Positions 51,051 through 63,162 of a stretch of 64,000 nucleotides of DNA are shown one piece after another; positions within the stretch are counted from its first letter, which is position 1; each line of letters starts with the position of its first letter. This DNA is from Selaginella moellendorffii (Eukaryota; Plantae; Lycopodiophyta). The stretch lies in NCBI RefSeq assembly GCF_000143415.4, contig NW_003314376.1:124001-188000 (forward strand), read 5' to 3'. The notes beneath the pieces are model-generated. The model saw only the letters and a list, made by a program, of their open reading frames with translations, did not search any database and was not told where the DNA came from. Position numbers and translations under genes: made by a program.

Positions 51051-52959
51051 TGAGAGAAAAGCTTTTCTTGGGAGGTTGGTAAACTTTGCAAGGAAAGAGT
51101 GTCATGCAAGGTTGATGGTACCTGAAAAGACGCGAAAGGAACTTGGTGAAGAGATAAAAAATATGAGAGACAATACTTATCTCTTAATTAATTTGCTGTA
51201 GTATCATTCATTGAGTAATTTAGTTATAAACTTATTTGAGATTAATATTATAGTAGAATAAACAAAAATAAACTAGAAAGTGTTTATACTGAAGTTTATA
51301 AATTATAATCAAAAAGATTAATCTAAATGAACAACAACTATTAGATATTAAAATATCCTAGAATCTCCAAACATAGTTTAAGTATATTCAATACCATAGA
51401 AGCTTATTCACGAACCTATTTACATTATTATATAGAACTTTTTTCGCAAAACTTCTTTGATTAAACCCATATTAAACTTGTTAGTTAAGTTTCTCCGAGA
51501 TTTTGTTGTTGATTAGATGTTATGGTTTTCTTTTAACCATGCTCTGTACAAATATATAACTTTTATAATTATAATTCAAGTTCTTTAAATCTTTTTTAAT
51601 TTCATATTAGTAGACGAGAAACAAAAAACATATGAACATTACAAATACTTGGTCAAAGGAAGCAAACACAGCATACTCAAAAGCATTATAGTTGAAAGTA
51701 AAAAATAGCCATCAAGCAGGAATACCATCATTATGAGTATATAATTCTCAAGTATGGAAGTGATATTATAAATGGGAAGCTTTACAACATCATAATCAAC
51801 CAATTCCCAAGTTGCAATTACATATAAACATTAAAATTCTGAAATCTTTCATCCTTTGCATAGGATGGATCCAAATGTTAAAGTTTGGATTCATCATAAC
51901 GTCTGAACATGAGGTGAAAAAAATAGATATTGGTATTGTATTTGAAACTAAAATAAACTTTATCTATAAATTACACTGAAAACAATATAGGGCATTTCTT
52001 ATAATTTCACTCAAAGAGAGAGTTAATTCTTCAATAGAAGAAAAACGTGCAACCATCACGAAACTTAAATATTAACGACCTTGTCTAGATCAGCTGAAAG
52101 AAGGCACAAAGAAACTTGCCAAGCATCAGCAAGACAAAAGCACACACTTTACTTTGGACAACTCTCTATCATGAAATCAAAAAAGATTTAAAGAACTTGA
52201 ATCATAGTTACAAAGTTGTACATTTGTACAGGACAGAATGTAACATCTAATCTACTTGGAGAAGCTTGAGTCCCAAGTTTTCAAGTTAAGTTTAAGTGAC
52301 CGATATATAATTTCCTATATAAATAACCATTTGTGAAATATGATCCAGAGCATGATTGTCTCTGATATTTTTATCTTTTGACCATGGTGTGCCCCCTAAG
52401 ATCCTTTCGCCTGTTTTCATCTTTGTTTGGGTTTTGTTGATGGCTCCGTCAATCTTGCATCACACTCTTTCTCCATTTTCCTCACAAAGTTTACCAACAA
52501 GCTCCCGAGATGAGCAACACCTCCTAATACCCTCTCCACAATAAGATTGTATGTCCATTCCCGTCCCTGAAATAACATGTCATTGATGAAAAAGTCAAAC
52601 AACAAGATACTTACCATGTGTAAGGAGATAAGCTCCAGAGACTTCACAGCTTTTCATGAAACTACCAAGCTTCAGTTTCGCCTTCACAAGAAGGTACTTG
52701 ACTTACGTGATGCTTAGGCCAAGATGGTCGAGCTAGTTAGAAGTCTCTGACTTCAAGCTGTTTTAGCTATAAGATGAAACAAAAAAGCTATGAACTAAAA
52801 ACTATAGTACCTATGAACATCATGCTTTGTAAGGCACTCTCCAGGTACTTCAAATGAGTAGTGCAAGAGGAAGTGCCGGAGTAATACTGAACTTGGGGCA
52901 GAAAACTTCTTGAGATGCAGCCACGTCTCCACACTTCCTATAGAATGTGATGAGTGAGC

Positions 52960-53310
52960 ACGCGAGTAGTGGATTCCGTCCAGATTTCTCTTCCAGATCT
53001 GCGAGTGGAGCCTCTTCGCCTAAGTCGCCCCGTGCCTTGAGCGCCACCACGAAAGTCTGAGCGTTTGGCTGCTGGCTTGCTCATAGCGCTCGAGAGCAAA
53101 GGTTGTTCTCGGTGTATCCCAGGAAACGATGTTTTGCTCGGCGTTTGGAGGTAGGCCAGATTCTCGTTGCATCCGATAGAAGAAGTGCATGTCCCGTGAT
53201 GATCGTGTTCCAGGCATGTTTCTTCGTCCTCCTGAACACTTCTGACGCTTCCACATGTCCACGAGGCTGCTTGCGACAAATGCATCGGCTTCGTATTCAC
53301 AATTTGTGAG
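52960..53310 (-). pseudogene. PPR fragments (inverted arm)
   Basis: EADAFVASSLVDMWKRQKC..FFYRMQRESGLPPN. Confidence 0.65.
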
Positions 53311-54763
53311 GCGAGAGTCTTGCTTTCCAGGATAGGTAGACCAACCTATCCTGTTCTTCGTCCCATCCTGTCGAACAACCTGTGTTGCAAGCCGCAGTGT
53401 AGACTTCGACCATACTTTCACAATTGCACTTGCTTGATTCCCAGCTTATGATGCTCTTGACTCTGGAGAAACTTATCTGGCCACTATGCCCTGTACTGCT
53501 TCTTCTCTCGAAGTTGAGATTTGAGCGCCTGCAAGAATAGAGAGCAAAAGTAGTACGTTACATTTTCCCAAACCTTTCGTCTCGAGCAACCTCTCTGGCC
53601 TTTGGAGGTGCACCAACGTCTGCTCCCTTGTCACCTCTAGAGGATAGCTCGTAAATCCTTCATCAAATCGAAACTTGGTAGGTTCTTGCTCTACCTTCCA
53701 ATCCATGTTCCGAGCCAGTTGTGTCATAACTTCCAAGTCTGGCGACTTCCACCAGTCAACCCTTGTATGTGATCTCTGGGTGAGATCACTGTCAGTGAGC
53801 AAGAGCCTACTGCCTTCTTGCTCTGCAACTTCATCTCCTTGAAGATTGATTCTACACAATCTTCCCTGTAACAACACATGCACTGTGCTGACTTACGTGT
53901 CACTGCCAGTGTTGGCAGGACACTTTGCGGAGAATTCCAGTGTACCATTGCTGTGGGAACTACGAGTGTGAGCATCCAGCTGTTTCTTCTCAGTCGGTGA
54001 ATCGTCCACCAGAATTTCCAGATGATCTGTCACTTCGATCTGCCACCCGGGCTCCTGAAAGATCGCATTCCTGCGCTGCTTCCTTTGAGATAACATGCAT
54101 CGCTCAATCACGAAATGCTCTCCACAGTATAGGTATGATATTTCAAAAAGAGAAATGGATATCTTTCCAATCCTAATGTCCTACTTGCAGTGACACGCCA
54201 CTTTGCATACTTTGAATAACGAAACTCTTTTTTTCCTCGTTTTTCAACTTAGCACTCATTGAATGTGATCATGGAGACACAAGCCATCAGCGTGCACAAA
54301 CTACTTCCCTACAGGAAACTGGGGAAAAGAAACACGAGATAAATATCTATCCATTGCTGTTTTGATAGTCTCACGGTGCCCAACCGAAAGCATGAGACTG
54401 ATAGATGCAAAAATGCAAGTTGGATTATCTTTGTCATGTAGATGGCATCCTTGTTGTCTTCACGCTCCTGCCTACCAGTCTTCTTTTTCTCGGCCGGTGG
54501 AGGTCTCTTATTATGGTTGCCTCTATTGCAGACACAACATATCAAAGTAATTTCATAATGTCAGAGGCAAAAGCAAAAGAATTAACCCATCTGGGTACTG
54601 GAATAAAAGCCAGTTTGTCACAGACGGTAGAGCAGCAATCCAGTGACCCAACAGTGGAGGGAACTAGCACCATCCGGTTTTACTTCTTCCTAGCTCCTCA
54701 AGTGGTCAACCATAGTCAACACCAGTAAAATCGGTCAAAACGCTTGGAATGATTGAAAATAGT

Positions 54764-54836
54764 TGGAGATGCCGGGTATCAATCCCGGTGCCTCTCGCAT
54801 GCTAAGTGAGCGCTCTACCATCTGAGCTACATCCCC
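54764..54836 (-). tRNA. trnA-AGC: tRNA-Ala(AGC), likely pseudogene
   Basis: Full length, but has an A30:C40 anticodon-stem mismatch and C56>T in the B-box. Confidence 0.75.
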
Positions 54837-57169
54837 TTAGAATAGAAACAAAAAAGCAAAGCTTTTCTCTTCACTAATCTAGTACTCATCCTTGGAGATT
54901 TGGGTGTGTTTTCTCACATTTCAAGAGTTTTTTGATTGATTCTAGAGCTCTAGCTATGGAGGAAAATACTCAAGGTCATGAGATCTCATCTTGGCAACGT
55001 CTTATTAAGTGCTCCAGGTTTGAGGCCGAGGGATTTGTGAAGCATTGTCGCGAATGTGATTTCGGGTATCGAAAGTTACTTGTTGGCCAGTCCTTACGGA
55101 CACTCTTACCTTACTGTTGCGATGGCAGGAGGTCGGTATTGCTAGACCCATTATCAGTCTCCGCCTAAGCTAGTTGAGAAACTGGTCTTCGCGTGTGCAC
55201 TTGACCAGATGGGCATAAGGACGGAATTCCTAAGTGCTATTAATCAAGCATACTTGACCTGGTTGGAGAAATTCATTCGTTAACTTACACTTGCTAGTGT
55301 TGGGAACCCCTACGATATTGAGCTTAGTCCCTCAATATCGCTAGATGATAACTTACTGTGTCTGCTAAACACCTTCGCTATCATGCTCTTTGTGTTAGTC
55401 TCATTTCGGTCCTAAATGCTATTTATGGAAAGTGTCTAGATTTGCTCATTTGGCATATCTATGGAATGTAGAGATTGTTCTAAACACAATGGTGTTCGTC
55501 CCGTGTCCAAATTTGCAATCTAGGAACATTCCATATTTAGTAAGTTTTGAGTTTGTCCCAGAGACTAACTCCTGATACTAAGGGAGGCTTGGGGTGAAAG
55601 CCCAAAGCGTGTGTTCCTCAAGAGGGGGGGGGCTATGAGGGGTTCCAAATGTATAGTAGGGATAGTGGGTAAGTTGGGCATGGCCGACCAACCTAAGGCA
55701 TAGTCTAGTTCCTGCTTGCGTGCCTATCCTTGTTCTGCGCCCGGCTTGGGTCTAAGCCCAAGTTCCACACCATGCTAGCTGGTGGAGTACCCATGTCCTC
55801 ACGTTAGGCCACCGGTATGCCGAAATAGCACCAGACTCCGTTTGGCTCCGTTTTGCGTGCTAGTCCTGGCATTGGGATGCTGGTTACTCTAGGTCTATTC
55901 CAAGTCACTCCGGGCTCCTATCCCTTGCTCCTTGGGCTTTATGCTCGGGAGTTTCTCCGTGGTTCGGTTCCGTCACTCCTTGGCTTCGTGCTTGGGAGTT
56001 TGGCACCGTTCTTTTGTTTAGTGGCCCAAGGCCCTAAACCTCGGGTCTCATGGACATGTGGCATGGACACATGGCATATGACATGTGGCATATGTCACGT
56101 GGCACAAAGAGGGTTTAGGTTCCGCTTTGTGGTGTTATCCTATGGTAAATCACCATAGGATAATGTAAGCGACTAATTTTTCCATTCTACTTTAGTCACT
56201 TAACCACACCTTCGACCACTTGGAGGAGTCTCACTCACAACCTCCTTAAGTCCAATTCAGGACTTGGGACTTGCTAGCCCCAAGAATGGCATCCATGCCA
56301 CTCAACACTTGCACCTGGTCCAAGTGCTCCACGTGTCCGGTCCCAAGACCGACACCCAAAGGTACCACTGACATCTCGGCCCGTTACGCTAAGGCCATGC
56401 CCATTCACCTTTGCTGCACTAGTGGTTCAATACCACTTGCATCACCATCCCGTCTCTCCAAGACTGGGCTATCGGTCCACGAGTGGTCATCCTAGATCCA
56501 CTCCTTAGCATCCTTAGGATGCCCACAGACCTGGGGAATCGCCTTCCCCAAAGTCCCTTTGTCAATTCCTACCAAGTCCCTTTTTGCCCCTGGCCGTGTT
56601 TGCCAACACTGCCACTGGATTGAGGCCCACAGGCCCGACCACTAAGTCCCATGGTCCTCTGGGACTTCCTCACCACACGACTGTGTCCTTGGTCACTACC
56701 CCAGAGGACTGCTCCTCTTCCTTTCCACAGTCTAGGCCTTTGGGACAACATTTCGGAACACCGTGGCCTTACGCGAGCCACCTGGGTACTCTCCCCGCCT
56801 TTCGCCTTTAGGTGCTCTAGCCATGGGCTTAGAGCGAGGTTCCGTTGAGCCACACCTGGTATCCAAGTAGGTAGTGCCACCCACACTTGGACTGGGAGCA
56901 TCGGCCAGTTGATCTCCCGGGGGAACTAGAGCCGGCTCTTGAACACTTCACCAAGCTACCCCGCTTGTCGGTCCGTGTTCACTCTAGTCTTGGACTTCCC
57001 AGTGGGCATCTCATCACCCAACACTGGGTCCGGCCTTCCTGGGCCAAACTGGCCTTTCCTGGCCAAACTGGCTCCACTGCAGTCCTCCCCCTACTATACT
57101 TTTGGAGCTCCCCAAACCCCCCAGGGTCTGGGAGACGAACGCTTTGGGCTTTCACCCTCTCAGGCTCCA

Positions 57170-57545
57170 GACTCGGACTCGGACTCGGACTCGGACTCGG
57201 ACTCGGACTCGGACTCGGACTCGGACTCGGACTTGGACTCGGATTCGGACTCGGACTCGGGCTCGAGCTCGGTCTTGGCCTCGGCCTCGGTCTCGGTCTC
57301 GGTCCCGATCTCGGTCTCGGTCTCGGTCTCGGTCCCGGTCTCGGTTCCGGTCTCGGTCTCGACTTCGGACTCCATCTCGGACTCCATCTCGGACTCCATC
57401 TCGGGTCCATCTCGGACTCCACTTTGGACTCCAACTCGGGTCCATCTCGGGTCCACCTCGGACTTCATCTCGGACTCCATCTCGGACTCCATCTCGGGTC
57501 CATCTCAGACTCCATCTCGGACTCCATCTCGAGTCCATCTCGGAC
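57170..57545 (+). repeat. CpG-rich micro/minisatellite in LTR: (GACTCG)n, (GTCTCG)n, (GGACTCCATCTC)n
   Basis: Directly visible. Confidence 0.95.
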
Positions 57546-60500
57546 ACTCCCACGTGTCATGTGTTGGTCCTTTTGGGTCCCTTTTTGGAGCCTTGCCTTT
57601 TGCTCGCTTCGTGCTCGTTCCTTGAGCACTTCGTTGGGAGTTCCACTCCCGCTCTTGACTTTTCAAGTCGGAGCTTTTGGTCCAAACGTATTACGCTCGT
57701 TTGGCTCTCGCTTCGGCCACTACCATGTGGCGCCCTTCCGGCTCCACTTTGGGGCCTAGGGATTTTGTGTCTCACAACTCCACCACCCATAGACGAAGTT
57801 CGATGTCCTCATCGAACGGTAAACCCTTTCATAAAGTAACACCCACATGTGTTACCATTTCCATCTTTGGCACCTAGCCAATCTTTGTCTATGGTTTGTC
57901 ATCAAAGGCTCACCATGCCTTGTCCATCCTTTAAGGAGCGTAGTCTCTCCAATTTAGAGACTGATTGGACCACATGTAATGGTTCATCCTTTTATTGGTT
58001 TAGTTCTCGCTAAACCTCTTAGAGACCCTTCTCTAAGTCAATCCCACTACTCCTTCTCGAGTAGTCTCAATTTCCATCGATATAACCTTTGCACTTTGGA
58101 ACTTTGAATTTTTGACTTCTTGGAGTCAATTTCCTAGGTGTCTCTGACACCTTGCCTTGCACCTTTTGTGCAACTCCACTTCCCATCCTAGGAAGTTCTC
58201 TACTCGAGGGCACCATCATCCTCTCTTCTATTTCGTGCTAAAGTTCCAGTTATCATGCTTTGTGCTAGGGCTGTTCATGGCCCTATCATTTGGCTACCTT
58301 ACCGCTCCCTCCCTTGGAGCTTCCACTTTCGCCAACTCGGAGCATTTCGGAATCCCTCCTTGGAAACACACTTCCTTTCCCGCAACTTGTTAGCGTCCAA
58401 CACATTAGTGTTCCTCGCCTAACTTTGTCACTTGGATTCCTTCCAAGGGATTCCACGGCCCTATCTTGGCCACTCATCTTTTGCTCCTATCCGTTGATTG
58501 TTGCACCAAGCAACATCGAATCTCTACCTCCCTCCTTGAGGTATTGTTTCGGTTCCATAGCAAAGACTCTTCTTTGCCAAGTCCGGAGGACGTTCACCCC
58601 TAGTACGTCTCTTTAGCATCTTCTGCTATGGGCTCTATCCACGGCCCAACTTCGTGACCCTCCTATGGGTCTTTTATAGAGACTACTTTCCTCGGACTCA
58701 CTATGCCATCGCACGGACATAGTTTATTTCCCTTAGGTGCTCTTCCCACTTGGTTATCACAACCAAGCCACACCACCTTAAACAGTTCAATTTCAACATT
58801 TTTGAACCAGGAACTTCATTCCTTAGCCAACCAAGTGATCTGGCCATAAGATCACCTAGTGATCTCTCCTTGGCACCTTAATAGAGTTGCCAAGAGGTAC
58901 TTGGTTTTCTAGACCTCCAAGTTGTTGACTATAACCCCGGGGGCATCCCCCACACTTGGCGGTGCACCCAAACTAGCCCTTACGGCCAAGGGTTCATAGC
59001 AACTGAGATTAGGTGTCCCCATCTCACTCACCACGACCTTGGTGCCACTTGCACCAAAGTGTTCAAGTTAGATATGCTGAGCTTTCACACTAAGCAATCT
59101 AACCGTGCATCACGACTCCGAGGCATCCCTCGCTTGGCGGTGTGCCAAAACCAGTCTCCCCACTGAGAGTCCATGACCACCGAAATATGAGTGTCCTCAT
59201 ATTCCAAACCATCACCACGCCCTAGTGATTTGGGACTCGAACCCAAGCACTAGAGGGTCGGGACTCGAACCCAACCTCCGTATATGCATCTACGGACAGT
59301 ATCACACTAAATGCCTGGCGTGACTCCCCACGCCGGTGCACCAACTTATTTTTAAAGCGCGCTACAGATCACAGCTTAGGAACCTAGTTCCTCCACACTG
59401 CCAAGTCCTCTCACTTGACATGTCTGTGATCATGCATGGACTCCTCCATGCTCGGCCCCATGGCCCACCCCTTTTGAAGTTATCACCTTCAACTAGGGTA
59501 TTTGTTCCCCCGACGTGCCAATCTCGCTTGGCAAGTCCTCCGACCACTGTAACATGGTTCCTGCATAAGCGTGAAAGTCCTTGACCATCAACTTTCGTTC
59601 AAAGTCCTCTCTTTGAACCCTCGGGAACTACTTCCCTAACCTTGATAGCCTTGCCTCATGGCAAGCTTCAAGACCACGCTTCTGCTGCGCCACTCTGATT
59701 TCGCGCGTTCCATGAACCATTTACACTTGGCCTTTCTAGGTACTAAACTACCTAGAATCATCTTTGGGAACCTTGAAGGAACTCTGTCCCTCAGCTTGCT
59801 AAGGCCTCCCTTTTTGCAAGCCTTCAAAATGCCACATAGTCTAACATGGACAATTCCATATTTTAGACTCTCCATGGCCTCACGGTTGCTAGCGGCAACA
59901 CCCTCGAGCCCCCACTTGATTCTCCACTCCCAGCTGGCATAACCAACCTTGGTTATGCCCTTTGATTTCTATGGTTCGGTTCTATCCCCTTACTTCTTGC
60001 TTTTTGGCTTCACACCTTTCCTTTGGTCATTTTCCTCCAGACGAGGAGGATAGCTTTGCACTTTCTATCACGCTTTAGCAAGTATTCTTAGGGATGAACC
60101 TACTCAATAGCCTAGGGAGTGGTTCCTCAATCCGGGCATGCTCACCTTATAATCCCACACACTGGGATTACATTGTTGCTTATGGGCCTTTACATGCCCA
60201 TCACTAGCCTTGCCAAAATTCCATTTTTGGCTTTGTCCAACTCGGGTAGACAGTCCTCTCCTATCTCCGCAACCTTGGACATTTGGATAGCACCTTCTAT
60301 CCATCATTCGCTAGGGACTTAGTCCCTTGGGCTTTATCCATTGCCCTCGCGACATCAAACACCACCTTCTGGTGTTCTAGAGTGTCCGGGTGTCCCAATG
60401 ATAGCTTTCTTGACAATGAGTATTTCCTTTTATGACATTGACTTACTATATCGCAACACAAGCAATTTATCCCCCGTAAGGGTATATCCAACTTCCTTAT

Positions 60501-62828
60501 GCTATTAAGAAGTCTTGGGTAGCTACCTTCTACCCGTTTAACCAGTTATTTTGCACCTCTTGCTTAGTTGCCTCATAGTTGTCAAGTCCTACAACTCATT
60601 GCTTGGTGCTTTCACACCTCCATCATTATCTGGGTCACCACACTCCAACTGCATGCTCTGCAGCTTAAGCTATGCCATTCCCATTTCCATTGGGATTCCT
60701 TTGGCAAGGGGTTCTCATGAACCCACCAACATAGCCTCAAGGTATCACACCTTGGCACATTTGGTGTCTCCACACCATCGGCTCCACGAGCCTACCTCTA
60801 TGACATTTCCCTTTCGTGTCTAAGTCTTTGCCAAGACTAACACCGCTCTTTCTCATGCCAACCATCCGTTAGCACTGCCCCATAGAGGTCACACACAACT
60901 TTATGTCAAAGTTGTTTTCTTCTGGGAACACCTTTCCCATAACTTTAGCATGGCACATTTAGCCATCGATGAGATACCCTCTGTTCTCATCCTTGGATCC
61001 TATGATCCCCACCCCCATCGTTTGTGGGGTACAACACACCTCAGTCCAAATGCTTCCATCAGTCCTTTTAGGACCATCCCTTGACTCTACTTGAGTCATC
61101 CAGCAGTTTTGGACTTGGTTAATCCACAGACCCGTAAGGTCCTACTTGTGAGGCACTAGCTCACTGGAATACACTTCTTGCATTCCTGTCCTACTCAAAA
61201 CGACTATTTTCACAAGTGTTACTCCGACACTTGATTTTGTTCTCTGGGGGCAACCTTTGCCCCTTAGGACTACTTGTCCATGTGATGAGAATACCAACTC
61301 ATCCACTTAATACACCCCCAACTCCTTGGGTTGTTCCAGCATTTATTAGAGGTAGCCCCGGCTACCATTTCAAGGACTTGAGTCCTCTTCTGTATTTGAC
61401 CTTCCACGGTCATTACCTTTGGTCTCACATTCATGAGCACCAACCTCAACTATATGAGGATAATCTTGTGACTCCTTTATTGTTTTGGAGTCTCTATCTT
61501 TCCCGTGATCCCAACTTTAGTTGTTTACCACAACAACCTAAGCCAATTTGCTGAGACAAATGCTCATCCAGATCACATCCTCAACTCAATGAGGAAAACC
61601 TTGCACTGTTCCCAAGATCCCAAAGTCGTTCCATTATTGGCCCTTTTCTATCCACCACCTCATCTACAAGTTCACACATGAACTGTAATGGAGAGCCATG
61701 TCTTCCAGACTTGCTACTCCTCAAGGATAGGCCCACTCCTTGGACCTTCTGATGCCAACACTAGTGGTGATATACTTGAGCACCAATAAAAGTCGGACTA
61801 AGGAACAGCTCCGATACCAAATTGTAAGCGACTAATTTTTCCATTCTACTTTAGTCACTTAACCACACCTTCGACCACTTGGAGGAGTCTCACTCACAAC
61901 CTCCTTAAGTCCAATTCAGGACTTGGGACTTGCTAGCCCCAAGAATGGCATCTATGCCACTCAACACTTGCACCTGGTCCAAGTGCTCCACGTGTCCGGT
62001 CCCAAGACCGACACCCAAAGGTACCACTGACATCTCGGCCCGTTACGCTAAGGCCATGCCCATTCACCTTTGCTGCACTAGTGGTTCAATACCACTTGCA
62101 TCACCATCCCGTCTCTCCAAGACTGGGCTATCGGTCCACAAGTGGTCATCCTAGATCCACTCCTTAGCATCCTTAGGATGCCCACAGACCTGGGGAATCG
62201 CCTTCCCCAAAGTCCCTTTGTCAATTCCTACCAAGTCCCTTTTTGCCCCTGGCCGTGTTTGCCAACACTGCCACTGGATCGAGGCCCACAGGCCCGACCA
62301 CTAAGTCCCATGGTCCTCTGGGACTTCCTCACCACACGACTGTGTCCTTGGTCACTACCCCAGAGGACTGCTCCTCTTCCTTTCCACAGTCTAGGCCTTT
62401 GGGACAACATTTCGGAACACCGTGGCCTTACGCGAGCCACCTGGGTACTCTCCCCGCCTTTCGCCTTTAGGTGCTTTAGCCATGGGCTTAGAGCGAGGTT
62501 CCGTTGAGCCACACCTGGTATCCAAGTAGGTAGTGCCACCCACACTTGGACTGGGAGCATCGGCCAGTCGATCTCCCGGGGGAACTAGAGCCGGCTCTTG
62601 AACACTTCACCAAGCTACCCCGCTTGTCGGTCCATGTTCACTCTAGTCTTGGACTTCCCAGTGGGCATCTCATCACCCAACACTGGGTCCGGCCTTCCTG
62701 GGCCAAACTGGCCTTTCCTAGCCAAACTGGCTCCACTGCAGTCCTCCCCCTACTATACTTTTGGAGCTCACCAAACCCCCCAGGGTCTGGGAGACGAACG
62801 CTTTGGGCTTTCACCCTCTCAGGCTCCA

Positions 62829-63162
62829 GACTCGGACTCGGACTCGGACTCGGACTCGGATTCGGACTCGGACTCGGGCTCGGGCTCGGTCTTGGCCTCG
62901 GCCTCGGCCTCGGTCTCGGTCCCGATCTCGGTCTCGGTCTCGGTCTCGGTCCCGGTCTCGGTTCCGGTCTTGGTCTCGACTTCGGACTCCATCTCGGACT
63001 CCATCTCGGACTCCATCTCGGGTCCATCTCGGACTCCACTTTGGACTCCAACTCGGGTCCATCTCGGGTCCACCTCGGACTTCATCTCGGACTCCATCTC
63101 AGACTCCATCTCGGGTCCATCTCGGACTCCATCTCGGACTCCATTTCGAGTCCATCTCGGAC
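62829..63162 (+). repeat. Same satellite in the second LTR, 42 bp shorter
   Basis: Directly visible; ORFs of 290 vs 276 aa. Confidence 0.95.

Larger units (their letters stand above)
48475..55045. repeat. Large diverged inverted repeat 3 (arms ~48475-51605 and ~52171-55045)
   Basis: As IR1 and IR2; the - arm is interrupted by the LTR at 55046. Confidence 0.88.

Noticed and set aside
56887-57839. Long GL-, SD-, RS- and ES-repeat ORFs (also 62546-63405)
   Set aside because: All frames are open because stop-free hexamer satellites lie inside LTRs; not SR or Sdr proteins.
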